Part shown: positions 26,280 to 34,240 of the stretch, piece after piece
Position numbering within the stretch: the first letter of the stretch is position 1
Layout: each line of letters starts with the position of its first letter
From: Candidatus Saccharimonadales bacterium
Lineage (GTDB): Bacteria > Chloroflexota > Limnocylindria > Limnocylindrales > CSP1-4
Reading direction: 5' to 3'
Assembly (NCBI GenBank): GCA_035629655.1
Contig: DASPHN010000022.1
Span: forward strand, 1 to 41,981
DNA length: 41,981 nt
The notes under the pieces: generated by a model
What the model saw: only the letters and a program-made list of their open reading frames with translations
The model's database searches: none
What the model was told of the DNA's origin: nothing
Made by a program: the position numbers and the translations under genes

Positions 26280-27656
26280 ATGGCTGACACCGTGGATCTC
26301 ATCGTCAAGAACGGCACCGTCGTCACCAGCGACTCGACGTTCGACGCGGACATCGCGATCAAGGACGGCAAGTTCGTCGAGATCGCCGACCCGGGGACCC
26401 TGACCGCGACCGCCGCCGAGGAATACGACGCCGCCGGGAAGTACGTGATCCCCGGCGTCATCGACGGCCACGTCCACTTCCGCGAGCCGGGCCTCGAGTA
26501 CAAGGAAGACTGGCGGACCGGATCGACCGCGGCCATCCATGGCGGCGTGACGACCGTCATCGAGATGCCGAACACCAACCCCAAGACCGACACGGTCGCG
26601 GGCGTCGAGCTCAAGCAGAAGCTCGCCGAGGAGAAGTCGTACGTCGACTTCGGGATCATCGGCCTGCTCGTCCAGGACAGCGTCCCGGCCCTGCGTTCGC
26701 TTGCCGAGGCCGGCGTCGTGGGCTACAAGTGCTTCCTTGGCGAGACGATCGGGAACATCCCGGCGCCGGACGACGGCATGATGCTGGACGGGTTGCGCGA
26801 GATCGCGGCGACCGGCCTGCGCATCGGCTTCCACGCCGAGAACAACGAGATCATGCAGCACCTCATCCGCCAGCTGAAGGCGGAGGGCCGGACGGACCCG
26901 CTCGCCCACGTCGACTCGCGGCCGGCGCTCGCCGAAGTCGAATCGATCCAGCGCATGGGCCTGTACGCGCAGCACACGGGCGCGAAGATGCACATCTTCC
27001 ACCTGTCCAGCCGAGACGGCCTGGACATGATCGATGAGTGGCGCGCCAAGGGCGTCGACGTGACGACCGAGACGGGCGCCCACTACGTGTTCATGAAGGC
27101 CGAGGACATGGAGCGCGTCGGCGTCCGACTGCGCATGAACCCGCCGGTCCGCTACGGCACCGAGGGCCACGGCGACTACCTGCTCGAGGGCATCAAGGAC
27201 GGGCGCGTGAACATGATCGCGACCGACCACTCGCCGCACACGGCCGAGGAGAAGCTCAACGACGACATCTGGAAGGCGATCTCGGGCTTCCCGGGCGTCG
27301 AGACCAGCGTCCGCTTCTTCCTGACCTTCGGCGTCAACGCCGGCCGGATGACGCTCCAGCAGTTCGTCCGGGCGAGCTCCGAGGGTCCCGCCAAGACCTG
27401 GGACATCTACCCGCAGAAGGGCACGATCGCCGTCGGCTCCGATGGCGACCTCACGATCCTCGATCTCGACAAGGAAGGCGTCATCCGCGATGACGAACTC
27501 CACAGCAAGAACCATGTCACGCCCTTCGATGGCACGGCCACCAAGGGCGCCCCTGTCGCGACCATCGTCCGCGGCCAGATCGTCATGCGTGACGGCGAGG
27601 TCGTGGGTGAGGCGCGAGGCCGGATGGTCCGGCCGCGGGTGGCCGTCCCGGCCTGA
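26280..27656 (+). CDS. Cyclic amidohydrolase (dihydroorotase / allantoinase / hydantoinase family)
   Basis: Metal ligand pattern DGHVHF, carboxylated-Lys context GYKCFLGE, FHAEN, HIFHLSS, ATDHSPH. AAGGAGA lies upstream of ATG 26280. Confidence 0.9.
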   Translation: MADTVDLIVKNGTVVTSDSTFDADIAIKDGKFVEIADPGTLTATAAEEYDAAGKYVIPGVIDGHVHFREPGLEYKEDWRTGSTAAIHGGVTTVIEMPNTNPKTDTVAGVELKQKLAEEKSYVDFGIIGLLVQDSVPALRSLAEAGVVGYKCFLGETIGNIPAPDDGMMLDGLREIAATGLRIGFHAENNEIMQHLIRQLKAEGRTDPLAHVDSRPALAEVESIQRMGLYAQHTGAKMHIFHLSSRDGLDMIDEWRAKGVDVTTETGAHYVFMKAEDMERVGVRLRMNPPVRYGTEGHGDYLLEGIKDGRVNMIATDHSPHTAEEKLNDDIWKAISGFPGVETSVRFFLTFGVNAGRMTLQQFVRASSEGPAKTWDIYPQKGTIAVGSDGDLTILDLDKEGVIRDDELHSKNHVTPFDGTATKGAPVATIVRGQIVMRDGEVVGEARGRMVRPRVAVPA

Positions 27657-27664
27657 CCCGTCGG

Positions 27665-27680
27665 GGAGCGAGCTCGCTCC
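27665..27680 (+). terminator. GC-rich palindrome GGAGCGAGCTCGCTCC after the amidohydrolase gene
   Basis: Perfect 16-bp palindrome 9 nt after the stop, followed by a T/C-rich tract. Confidence 0.5.
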
Positions 27681-28069
27681 TCTCCTCCTCCGTGGACGGG
27701 CCCGTCGCCTCGGCGGCGGGCCCGTTCATCGTGTCCGGTGCGGGGATCGCGGCTGCCCGGCCCGAGCACCCGACCCCGCACCGGTCCGCCGCCCGGCCGG
27801 CGATGGCTTGGATGGTCGTGGCGCCCGATCATGAACAACGCGCAGACCAACCACGCAATGGCCGGCCGGCGAGCGATCCGGCGGCGATACAAGCGCGGGA
27901 CTGTGCCGAACGTGCATCACCAGCACCGTCGGTGGTGATCCTGGCCTGACGCGGCCGGCGACACTGACGCTACCGGTCATTGCGTGGCTCACGTGTGAAT
28001 CACGCATGGTCGCGAGAGCGCAGGAGCCGACGTTGCACCCGAACCGCCCCGCCAGCGGACTCGCGGAGG

Positions 28070-28525
28070 TCAGGGGGCGGCGGCGATCTCCTTCGCGGCG
28101 TTCTTCGCGAAGTCGCCGACCATCTGGTCCGCCTTGCGGCGCATGACGGCCTGTCCGAATTCGCCGAGCTTGCCCAGGATCGATGCCTCGGTGTGGATGA
28201 CCAGCTCGGTCTCGGCGTCACTGATCGGGACCAGCGTCATCGACGTCTTGGCCGACACCGTGCTGTTGATGCGCTTCTCGGTGGCCGAGACGTCGAGCCG
28301 GGAGGTGAGGTTCTCGCGGTCGCGCTCCGCGACGACGATCTTGCCCTGCAGGCGCACCCCGATCGGCCCGACCTTGACCTTCAGCGCCCCGCTGAACGTG
28401 TCGTCGTCGATGCGCTCGAACTCCTCGACGCCGGGGACGCACCGGCTGACCGCCGGGATGTCGGTGACGAATGCCCAGACGCGGTCCACCGATGCCGGGA
28501 TGCGCGCCTTCTGGTCGATGATCAT
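28070..28525 (-). CDS. coxG: CoxG-family SRPBCC protein
   Basis: 151 aa with a typical CoxG pattern (VWAFVTDIPAVSRCVPGVE...GPIGVRLQGK). AAGGAG lies upstream. It is the last gene of the hydroxylase operon. Confidence 0.85.
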   Translation of the reverse strand: MIIDQKARIPASVDRVWAFVTDIPAVSRCVPGVEEFERIDDDTFSGALKVKVGPIGVRLQGKIVVAERDRENLTSRLDVSATEKRINSTVSAKTSMTLVPISDAETELVIHTEASILGKLGEFGQAVMRRKADQMVGDFAKNAAKEIAAAP

Positions 28526-28578
28526 CGGTCAAGACTCCTTCGCGGGCCGGCGGCCCGCCACTCGATGGCTTCGGATCC

Positions 28579-30933
28579 CTAGTCTGCCGGAGACGTCGCT
28601 CCGGTCGTCGTCTGGCGTTCCGCCAGGGCGGCCAGCAGTCGTTCCGCGTTGATGGGCAGGCGGTCGACCCGGATGCCGACCGCATCGGCAACCGCGTTGG
28701 CGATGGCCGGTGCGACCGGCGCATTCGTGACCTCGCCGGCCGCCTTGGCGCCGAACGCCCCGGGGCCGACGGTCGTCGGGAGCTGGACGATCCGAAGCGG
28801 CGGCATGTCGCCGGCCGTCGGCAGCTTCATCTCGCCGAGGTTGAGCGTCGTGATGGCGCCATCCTCGACCTCGAGGCCCTCCATCAGCGCGGCGCCGAGC
28901 CCGAAGGCGAACCCTCCAGCCAGCTGGCCCCGATGGGCGACCGGGTTGATGACCGTGCCCACATCGACGACGAGCAGCGCATCGATCACCCGGACGGTGC
29001 CACTCGCCTCGTCGACCTCCACCTCGACGGCGCACGCCCCGAAGTCATGGTCGCCGGGCTCGTCCGGACCGTGCGGCGCCGACGCGTCGAAGACGACCGA
29101 CAGCTCGACCGGCTCGGCCTCGGGAACGAGGCGGGCGGTGACCGCCTCGAAGGTCGCGATCTCCCGTCCATCCGCCGGATCCACGAGGCGATCGTCTCGC
29201 CACGTCGCGCCGCTCGGCACGTCCGGGATCGCCTGCGGCAGGCGCTCGTCGATCCACGCCTCCACGGCCGTGGCCAGATCCGCCGCACCGCGACTGGCCA
29301 GGTGGGTGATGCGGCTGCCCCCGATGCCGGGGTCGAACGGGGCGTCGGCCGTGCTGACCTTGGTCACGAGCACCCGGGCCTCGCTCACGCCGAGACTCAT
29401 GGCCAGGACCCGGCGCAGCACCGTCCAGCCACCGCTCCCCTGGTCGGGGAGGCCGGTGAGGATCTCGAGCCGTCCGTCGTGGTGCAGGCGGACGCGGAGC
29501 GGCAGCTTGCCACCACCCACGTGCCGGGCGCTCATCGCCACGCCGATGCCGCGGCCGGGCCGGCGGGGCCGGTCCCAGGGCAGCTCGCGGGCGACGGCAT
29601 CGAGGACTTCGACGGCACGCGTCTCGCGGAACCTCGCGCCGGTCGCGCCGACCTCGCCGTCCCGGACCGCCACCCGGCGTCGGAAGGCGAGTGCATCCTC
29701 GCCGAGGGCGCGGGCGATCTCATCGAGGTGGGACTCACCGGCGAACAACGCCTGGACTTCGCCTGGGGCGCGCATGTGCCCACCGGGCACGGTGTTCGTG
29801 TAGATCGTCGTGGCGACGATCCGGACGTGCGGGATGCGATACGCGGCGAGCGTCGCGGTCGCGCCGGCGAGCGACAGGTGGGGCAACGGCTTGGCGGCCG
29901 CGTAGGCGCCGCCATCGAGCCGGATCTCCGCGTCGTGCGCGAGCAGGTTGCCCTCCGCGTCGAGCGCGGTCCGAAGCCGCATCGTGGCCGCGTGTCGGAC
30001 GTTCTGGGCGCCGATCTCCTCGGCGTAGCGGGTCACGGCCTTGATCGGCCGGCCGGTGGCGCGGGCGAGGGCCACACAGGCGTACTCGTCGACGCAGTAG
30101 CCCTTGCCCCCGAAGTCGCCGCCGATGAAGCCGGCGTCGACGTCGATCTGGTCGGCCGTCAGGCCGAACGTGGCCATCAGCTGCTTGCGGAGCGGGAAGG
30201 GGGTCTTGTTCGTCGTGATGACCCGGATCACACCGGCCTCGTCCACCCAGACGAGCGTGGCGTGCGGCTCGATGTAGCCGGCGTGCTGGCGCGGCGTCGT
30301 GAACCGATGCTCGAAGACCCGCGCCGCGCTCGCGAAGACCGCCTCGAGGTCGGCGTCGTCGCGGCGGACCCGGACGGCGCCCTGGACGTTCGGGTGCGGG
30401 ACGGGCTGTCGCTCGCCATCGACGTAGCGATAGGAGGCGAAGTCGGGATGGAGGACGGGCGCATCCGGATCGAGCGCAGAATCGAGATCGAGGACGGCTG
30501 GCAGCGGCTCGAGGTCCACGTCGATCTCGGCCAGGGCGGCATCCGCCTGGGCCACGGTCTCGGCGGCGACAGCGGCCAGCCGGTCGCCGACGAAGCGGAC
30601 CTGATCCCAGGCCAACACCGGGCGGTCCGCCAGGCGACGGCCGTGCAGCAACCCGCGCAGATCGTCGCCGGTCAGCACGGCATGGACGCCGGGCATCGCC
30701 CGAGCGCGGGTCGCGTCGATCGATCGGATGCGGGCATGCGGCAGCGGGCTCCCGAGGAAGCGCGCCCAGAGCATCCCGGGCATCACATGGTCCGCGGCAT
30801 ACCGGGCGGCGCCGGTCACCTTGGCCCGTCCCTCGACGCGCTCCTCGGGCCGGGCGAGCGCCTCGAGCGTCCCGGCGTCGGGCGGCGCGGGCCGGCCGTG
30901 GTCGTCGTGGTCGTCGTGCCCGCCGCCGCTCAT
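28579..30933 (-). CDS. Molybdopterin-binding large subunit of a xanthine-dehydrogenase-family hydroxylase (set 1)
   Basis: 784 aa from ATG 30933 (ATGA overlap with the medium-subunit stop). GGDFGGKG, YTNTVPGGHMRAPG, and a C-terminal GAKAAGEV. No CODH VAYRCSFR loop was seen. Confidence 0.9.
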   Translation of the reverse strand: MSGGGHDDHDDHGRPAPPDAGTLEALARPEERVEGRAKVTGAARYAADHVMPGMLWARFLGSPLPHARIRSIDATRARAMPGVHAVLTGDDLRGLLHGRRLADRPVLAWDQVRFVGDRLAAVAAETVAQADAALAEIDVDLEPLPAVLDLDSALDPDAPVLHPDFASYRYVDGERQPVPHPNVQGAVRVRRDDADLEAVFASAARVFEHRFTTPRQHAGYIEPHATLVWVDEAGVIRVITTNKTPFPLRKQLMATFGLTADQIDVDAGFIGGDFGGKGYCVDEYACVALARATGRPIKAVTRYAEEIGAQNVRHAATMRLRTALDAEGNLLAHDAEIRLDGGAYAAAKPLPHLSLAGATATLAAYRIPHVRIVATTIYTNTVPGGHMRAPGEVQALFAGESHLDEIARALGEDALAFRRRVAVRDGEVGATGARFRETRAVEVLDAVARELPWDRPRRPGRGIGVAMSARHVGGGKLPLRVRLHHDGRLEILTGLPDQGSGGWTVLRRVLAMSLGVSEARVLVTKVSTADAPFDPGIGGSRITHLASRGAADLATAVEAWIDERLPQAIPDVPSGATWRDDRLVDPADGREIATFEAVTARLVPEAEPVELSVVFDASAPHGPDEPGDHDFGACAVEVEVDEASGTVRVIDALLVVDVGTVINPVAHRGQLAGGFAFGLGAALMEGLEVEDGAITTLNLGEMKLPTAGDMPPLRIVQLPTTVGPGAFGAKAAGEVTNAPVAPAIANAVADAVGIRVDRLPINAERLLAALAERQTTTGATSPAD

Positions 30934-31796
30934 CGGGGACCGGCGCCGATGGCACGAGCCAGGGCGCGTGCCGTCCAGAGCCGGACCATCGCCTGCTTGT
31001 AGGTGCGCGACCCCCTGACGTCGTCGACCGGATCCGAGGCATCCGCGGCGGCCGCGGCGGCACCCTCGAACGCGCCGGACGACGGCGTCGTGCCGCGCAG
31101 GATGGCCTCCGCCTCGACGGCCCGGAACGGGATGGGGCCGGCGTTGCCGAGCGCGATCCGGGCATCGGCGACCGCGCCGTCCGCGTCCAGGTCGAGCCGA
31201 ACGGCGACGCTGACCGTCGCGTAATCGTCGACGGTCCGCGGGAGGAACTTCTCGTACGCGAAACGGGCGGCGGTGGCCGGTCTGGGCACCCGGATGGCCG
31301 TGAGGATCTCGTCCGGCTCGATGGCCGTCTCGAAGACATCGACGAAGAAGTCCGCGAGCTCGACGGTCCTCGTGCCGCGCTCGCTGGCGAGGACGACCGA
31401 GGCGTCGTGGGCGAGAAGCATCGGCGGCGGGTCCTGCGCCGGGTCGGCATGGACCAGGTTGCCTCCGATCGTCGCCTGGTTCCGGATCCGGATGGTGGCC
31501 ACCCGCGCGACCGCGGCCGCCAGGGCTGGGGCATGCGCACGCACGAGCGGATGGCGCTCCACGTCGCGCAGGCTGGTGAGCGCACCGACCTCGAGGGTGT
31601 CGCCGTCGATGGCGACCGCTCGGAGGGCATCGAGCCCGCCGAGCCCGATCACGATCGAGGGCTGGATCAGGCCCTGCTTGAGGAGCGGGACGACGGCCGT
31701 GCCGCCGGCCAGGAGGTGGGCCGCATCGCCGTGCGCAGCGAGCGCGGCGATCGCCTCGGCCGTGCTGGCCGGCCCGAGATACGCGAAAGCGCTCAC
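30930..31796 (-). CDS. FAD-binding medium subunit (CoxM/XdhB-like), set 1
   Basis: LLAGGTAVVPLLK and IRNQATIGGNL motifs. GTG 31796 forms a GTGA overlap with the small-subunit stop. Confidence 0.88.
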   Translation of the reverse strand: MSAFAYLGPASTAEAIAALAAHGDAAHLLAGGTAVVPLLKQGLIQPSIVIGLGGLDALRAVAIDGDTLEVGALTSLRDVERHPLVRAHAPALAAAVARVATIRIRNQATIGGNLVHADPAQDPPPMLLAHDASVVLASERGTRTVELADFFVDVFETAIEPDEILTAIRVPRPATAARFAYEKFLPRTVDDYATVSVAVRLDLDADGAVADARIALGNAGPIPFRAVEAEAILRGTTPSSGAFEGAAAAAADASDPVDDVRGSRTYKQAMVRLWTARALARAIGAGPR

Positions 31797-32302
31797 CGGC
31801 CGTCGCCGCTGGGCGTGGCATGGCCGGGCCGGGCGGCCAGGACCGAGGCGACGATGCCGTCGTACCCGGTACAACGGCACAGGTTCCCGGTCATCCACTC
31901 GCGGATGGCCGGCTCGTCAGCGTCGGGCTGCTCGGCGAGCAGCGCCGTCGCCGCCACCACCTGGCCCGGCGTGCAGATCCCGCACTGGAATCCGCCGTGC
32001 TGGAGGAACGCGTCCTGCACCTTCGAGAGGCTCCCGTCATCGCCGGCGATCCCCTCGATGGTCGTGATCGAGCGGCCGGCCAGCGACACGACCGGGAGGA
32101 GGCATGCCGACTGCAGCGCGCCGTCGACCAGGACGCTACAGGCCCCGCACACGCCGATGGAGCAACCCTCCTTCGTGCCGGTCAGGCCGAGGTCGTCGCG
32201 GAGGAGGTCGATGAGCAGGCGATCGGCCGGGACGGCCTCGTCGAACCGGCGGCCGTTGACCGTCAGCTGCATCCGGATGTGCTCGGCGGGCATGGTCCCC
32301 AT
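31793..32302 (-). CDS. [2Fe-2S] small subunit (CoxS-like), set 1
   Basis: CSIGVCGACSVLVDG and QCGICTPG...NLCRCTGY cluster motifs. The start could be ATG 32302 or 32293. Confidence 0.92.
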   Translation of the reverse strand: MGTMPAEHIRMQLTVNGRRFDEAVPADRLLIDLLRDDLGLTGTKEGCSIGVCGACSVLVDGALQSACLLPVVSLAGRSITTIEGIAGDDGSLSKVQDAFLQHGGFQCGICTPGQVVAATALLAEQPDADEPAIREWMTGNLCRCTGYDGIVASVLAARPGHATPSGDGR

Positions 32303-32319
32303 GGTCTCGCCATGTTAGC

Positions 32320-32335
32320 GTATACCGCAGTACAC
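32320..32335. promoter_or_regulatory. Operator-like site GTATACCGCAGTACAC (regulon motif copy 8)
   Basis: Lies in the divergent region between coxS-like (-) and the ThDP enzyme (+), 18 nt from the coxS-like ATG. Confidence 0.5.
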
Positions 32336-32403
32336 GAAGGCACATCGATGACGTCGTCCGCACGCTTTGACGACGCTTCGGCGCGATCCCCGAGGTGCCC
32401 CCG

Positions 32404-34152
32404 ATGGCTGCGAGCGACGCCCCCAGATTCGGCTCGGACGTGATGGTGGACCTGCTCATCGAGCAGGACATCCCCTACGTCGCGCTCAACCCGGGCGCGA
32501 GCTTCCGGGGGCTCCACGACTCACTGGTGAACCGGCCGGGTGCGCCCGAGATCATCGTCTGTCCGCACGAGAAGCTGGCGGTCAACCTGGCCCACGGCTA
32601 CGCGAAGGCGACCGGCAAGCCGATGGCCGCGATCCTGCACAACGTCGTCGGACTCCTGCACGGGACGTTGGGCGTGTTCACTGCCTACGTGGACCGCTCG
32701 CCGGTCATCGTGCTGGGTGGCTGCGGCCCGATGGACACCGAACGCCGCCGACCGTGGATCGATTGGCTCCACACAGCCAACATCCAGGGCAACGCGGTCC
32801 GAGACTTCACGAAGTGGGATGACCAGCCGGCCTCGATCGAGGCCATGCCCGCGGCCTTCGCGCGGGCCCGGCGGATCGCCCTGACCGAACCGGCAGGTCC
32901 GGTCTACCTCGCGCTCGATGCCGACCTGCAGGAGCGCGAGTTCTCCGGCGAGGTCCCGGTCATCGACTGGGCGAAGGTCGGTCCGGGCAGCCCGATGGCG
33001 CCTGATCAGACGGCCCTGAACGACGCGGTCGACCGCCTGGTCGCCGCCGAGCGGCCGGTGATCGTCGCCGGCTACGCCGGTCGCGAGCCGCGTGCCTTCG
33101 AATGGATCCCGACCCTCGCCGAGAGCCTCGGCGCCGGGGTCATCGACATGAACAGCCGGCTGAACCTGCCGACGACCCATCGGCTGAACGTGACCGGCAC
33201 CGAGGCGCTGGCCGACGCCGACGTCGTCCTGTTGCTGGACATGAAGGACACGTCCAAGGTCCTGCGCGAGGTCGACTCCGCCACGCGCATCCAGTCCTCG
33301 AAGGTCGCGGCCGGGACGCAGCTCATCGAGATCGGGTTCAACGACCTCCAGGCGTCGTCCTGGATCCACGACGTCGGACCGATCCACGCGATGGACGTCT
33401 CGATCACGGCCGACACCACGGTCGCGCTGCCGATCCTCATCGAGCGGGTCGGCGAGCGGGTGGCGGCCGACACGCCAGCCCGCGCCGAGGCGCGCGAGGC
33501 GCGTCGGACGAGCCTGGCCGACCTCCACCGCGAGCGCCGTGCGAGCTGGCGGGCGGTCGCGGAACGGCGCTGGGAGGAGACCCCCATCTCGCCGGCTCGC
33601 CTGGCGGCCGAGGTCGGCGATGCGATCGCCGAGCATGACTGGGTCCTGACAGCCGGCACGGCGAACGAGTGGGCGCTGCGCCTGTGGGACTTCGACAAGG
33701 CGTACCGGCATCCCGGTCGCACCCTAGGGACGGCGACCCAGATCGGCCTCTCGCTCGGCGTGGCCCTGGCCCATCGCGACCAGGGCCGGCTGGTCGTGGA
33801 CCTGCAGCCTGACGGCGACCTGATGTTCGACCCGGGCGCGCTCTGGGTCGCCTCGGCGCACCGCATCCCGATGCTCGTCGTGATGTTCAACAACCGCGCC
33901 TACTACAACGACTGGGAGCACCAGATCCGCCTGGCCAAGGCGCGCGGCTCGGACCTGGAGAAGGCCCACATCGGCGTCAACATCGACGGCCCCGCCCCGG
34001 ACTTCGCCGGGCTCGCCCGGTCGTTCGGCTGGGCTGCCGAGGGCCCGATCGAGGATCCGGATGCGATCGGCGACGCGGTCCGGCGGGCCGTTCGGATCGT
34101 CCTGGAGGAGGGACGGCCCGCGCTGGTCGACGTGGTCTGCGCCCATCGTTGA
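32404..34152 (+). CDS. Thiamine-diphosphate-dependent enzyme (acetolactate synthase / benzoylformate decarboxylase-like)
   Basis: N-terminal Pyr domain (HEKLAVNLAHGYAKATGKP) and a C-terminal ThDP motif (DGDLMF...NNRAYYN). ATG 32404 is preferred over GTG 32395. Confidence 0.88.
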   Translation: MAASDAPRFGSDVMVDLLIEQDIPYVALNPGASFRGLHDSLVNRPGAPEIIVCPHEKLAVNLAHGYAKATGKPMAAILHNVVGLLHGTLGVFTAYVDRSPVIVLGGCGPMDTERRRPWIDWLHTANIQGNAVRDFTKWDDQPASIEAMPAAFARARRIALTEPAGPVYLALDADLQEREFSGEVPVIDWAKVGPGSPMAPDQTALNDAVDRLVAAERPVIVAGYAGREPRAFEWIPTLAESLGAGVIDMNSRLNLPTTHRLNVTGTEALADADVVLLLDMKDTSKVLREVDSATRIQSSKVAAGTQLIEIGFNDLQASSWIHDVGPIHAMDVSITADTTVALPILIERVGERVAADTPARAEAREARRTSLADLHRERRASWRAVAERRWEETPISPARLAAEVGDAIAEHDWVLTAGTANEWALRLWDFDKAYRHPGRTLGTATQIGLSLGVALAHRDQGRLVVDLQPDGDLMFDPGALWVASAHRIPMLVVMFNNRAYYNDWEHQIRLAKARGSDLEKAHIGVNIDGPAPDFAGLARSFGWAAEGPIEDPDAIGDAVRRAVRIVLEEGRPALVDVVCAHR

Positions 34153-34193
34153 GCCGCGTGGCTGTGTACCGCCACGGCGGCGAGTACTTGTTC

Positions 34194-34209
34194 GTATGCG
34201 ATAGCATGC
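34194..34209. promoter_or_regulatory. Operator-like site GTATGCGATAGCATGC (regulon motif copy 9)
   Basis: Lies about 30 nt upstream of the ABC-2 ATPase start. Confidence 0.55.
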
Positions 34210-34240
34210 AATCACCCCAGTACCCGAGGGCGTGCACCCG

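Noticed and set aside
27831-27938. 35-aa highly basic ORF in the convergent intergenic gap
   Set aside because: There is no RBS and no recognisable family, and GC3 is not distinguishable from background. It is mentioned only within the unassigned-region finding.
28579-31821. 1080-aa ORF that would fuse the Mo large subunit to an N-terminal extension
   Set aside because: The first roughly 296 aa are an out-of-frame read across the CoxM-like gene and translate to Arg/Pro-rich junk. The ATG at 30933 gives a normal 784-aa subunit with an ATGA overlap. The same logic applies to ORFs 742-2190, 39876-41783, 9596-10861, 10959-12290, 22265-23050 and 4308-5546.
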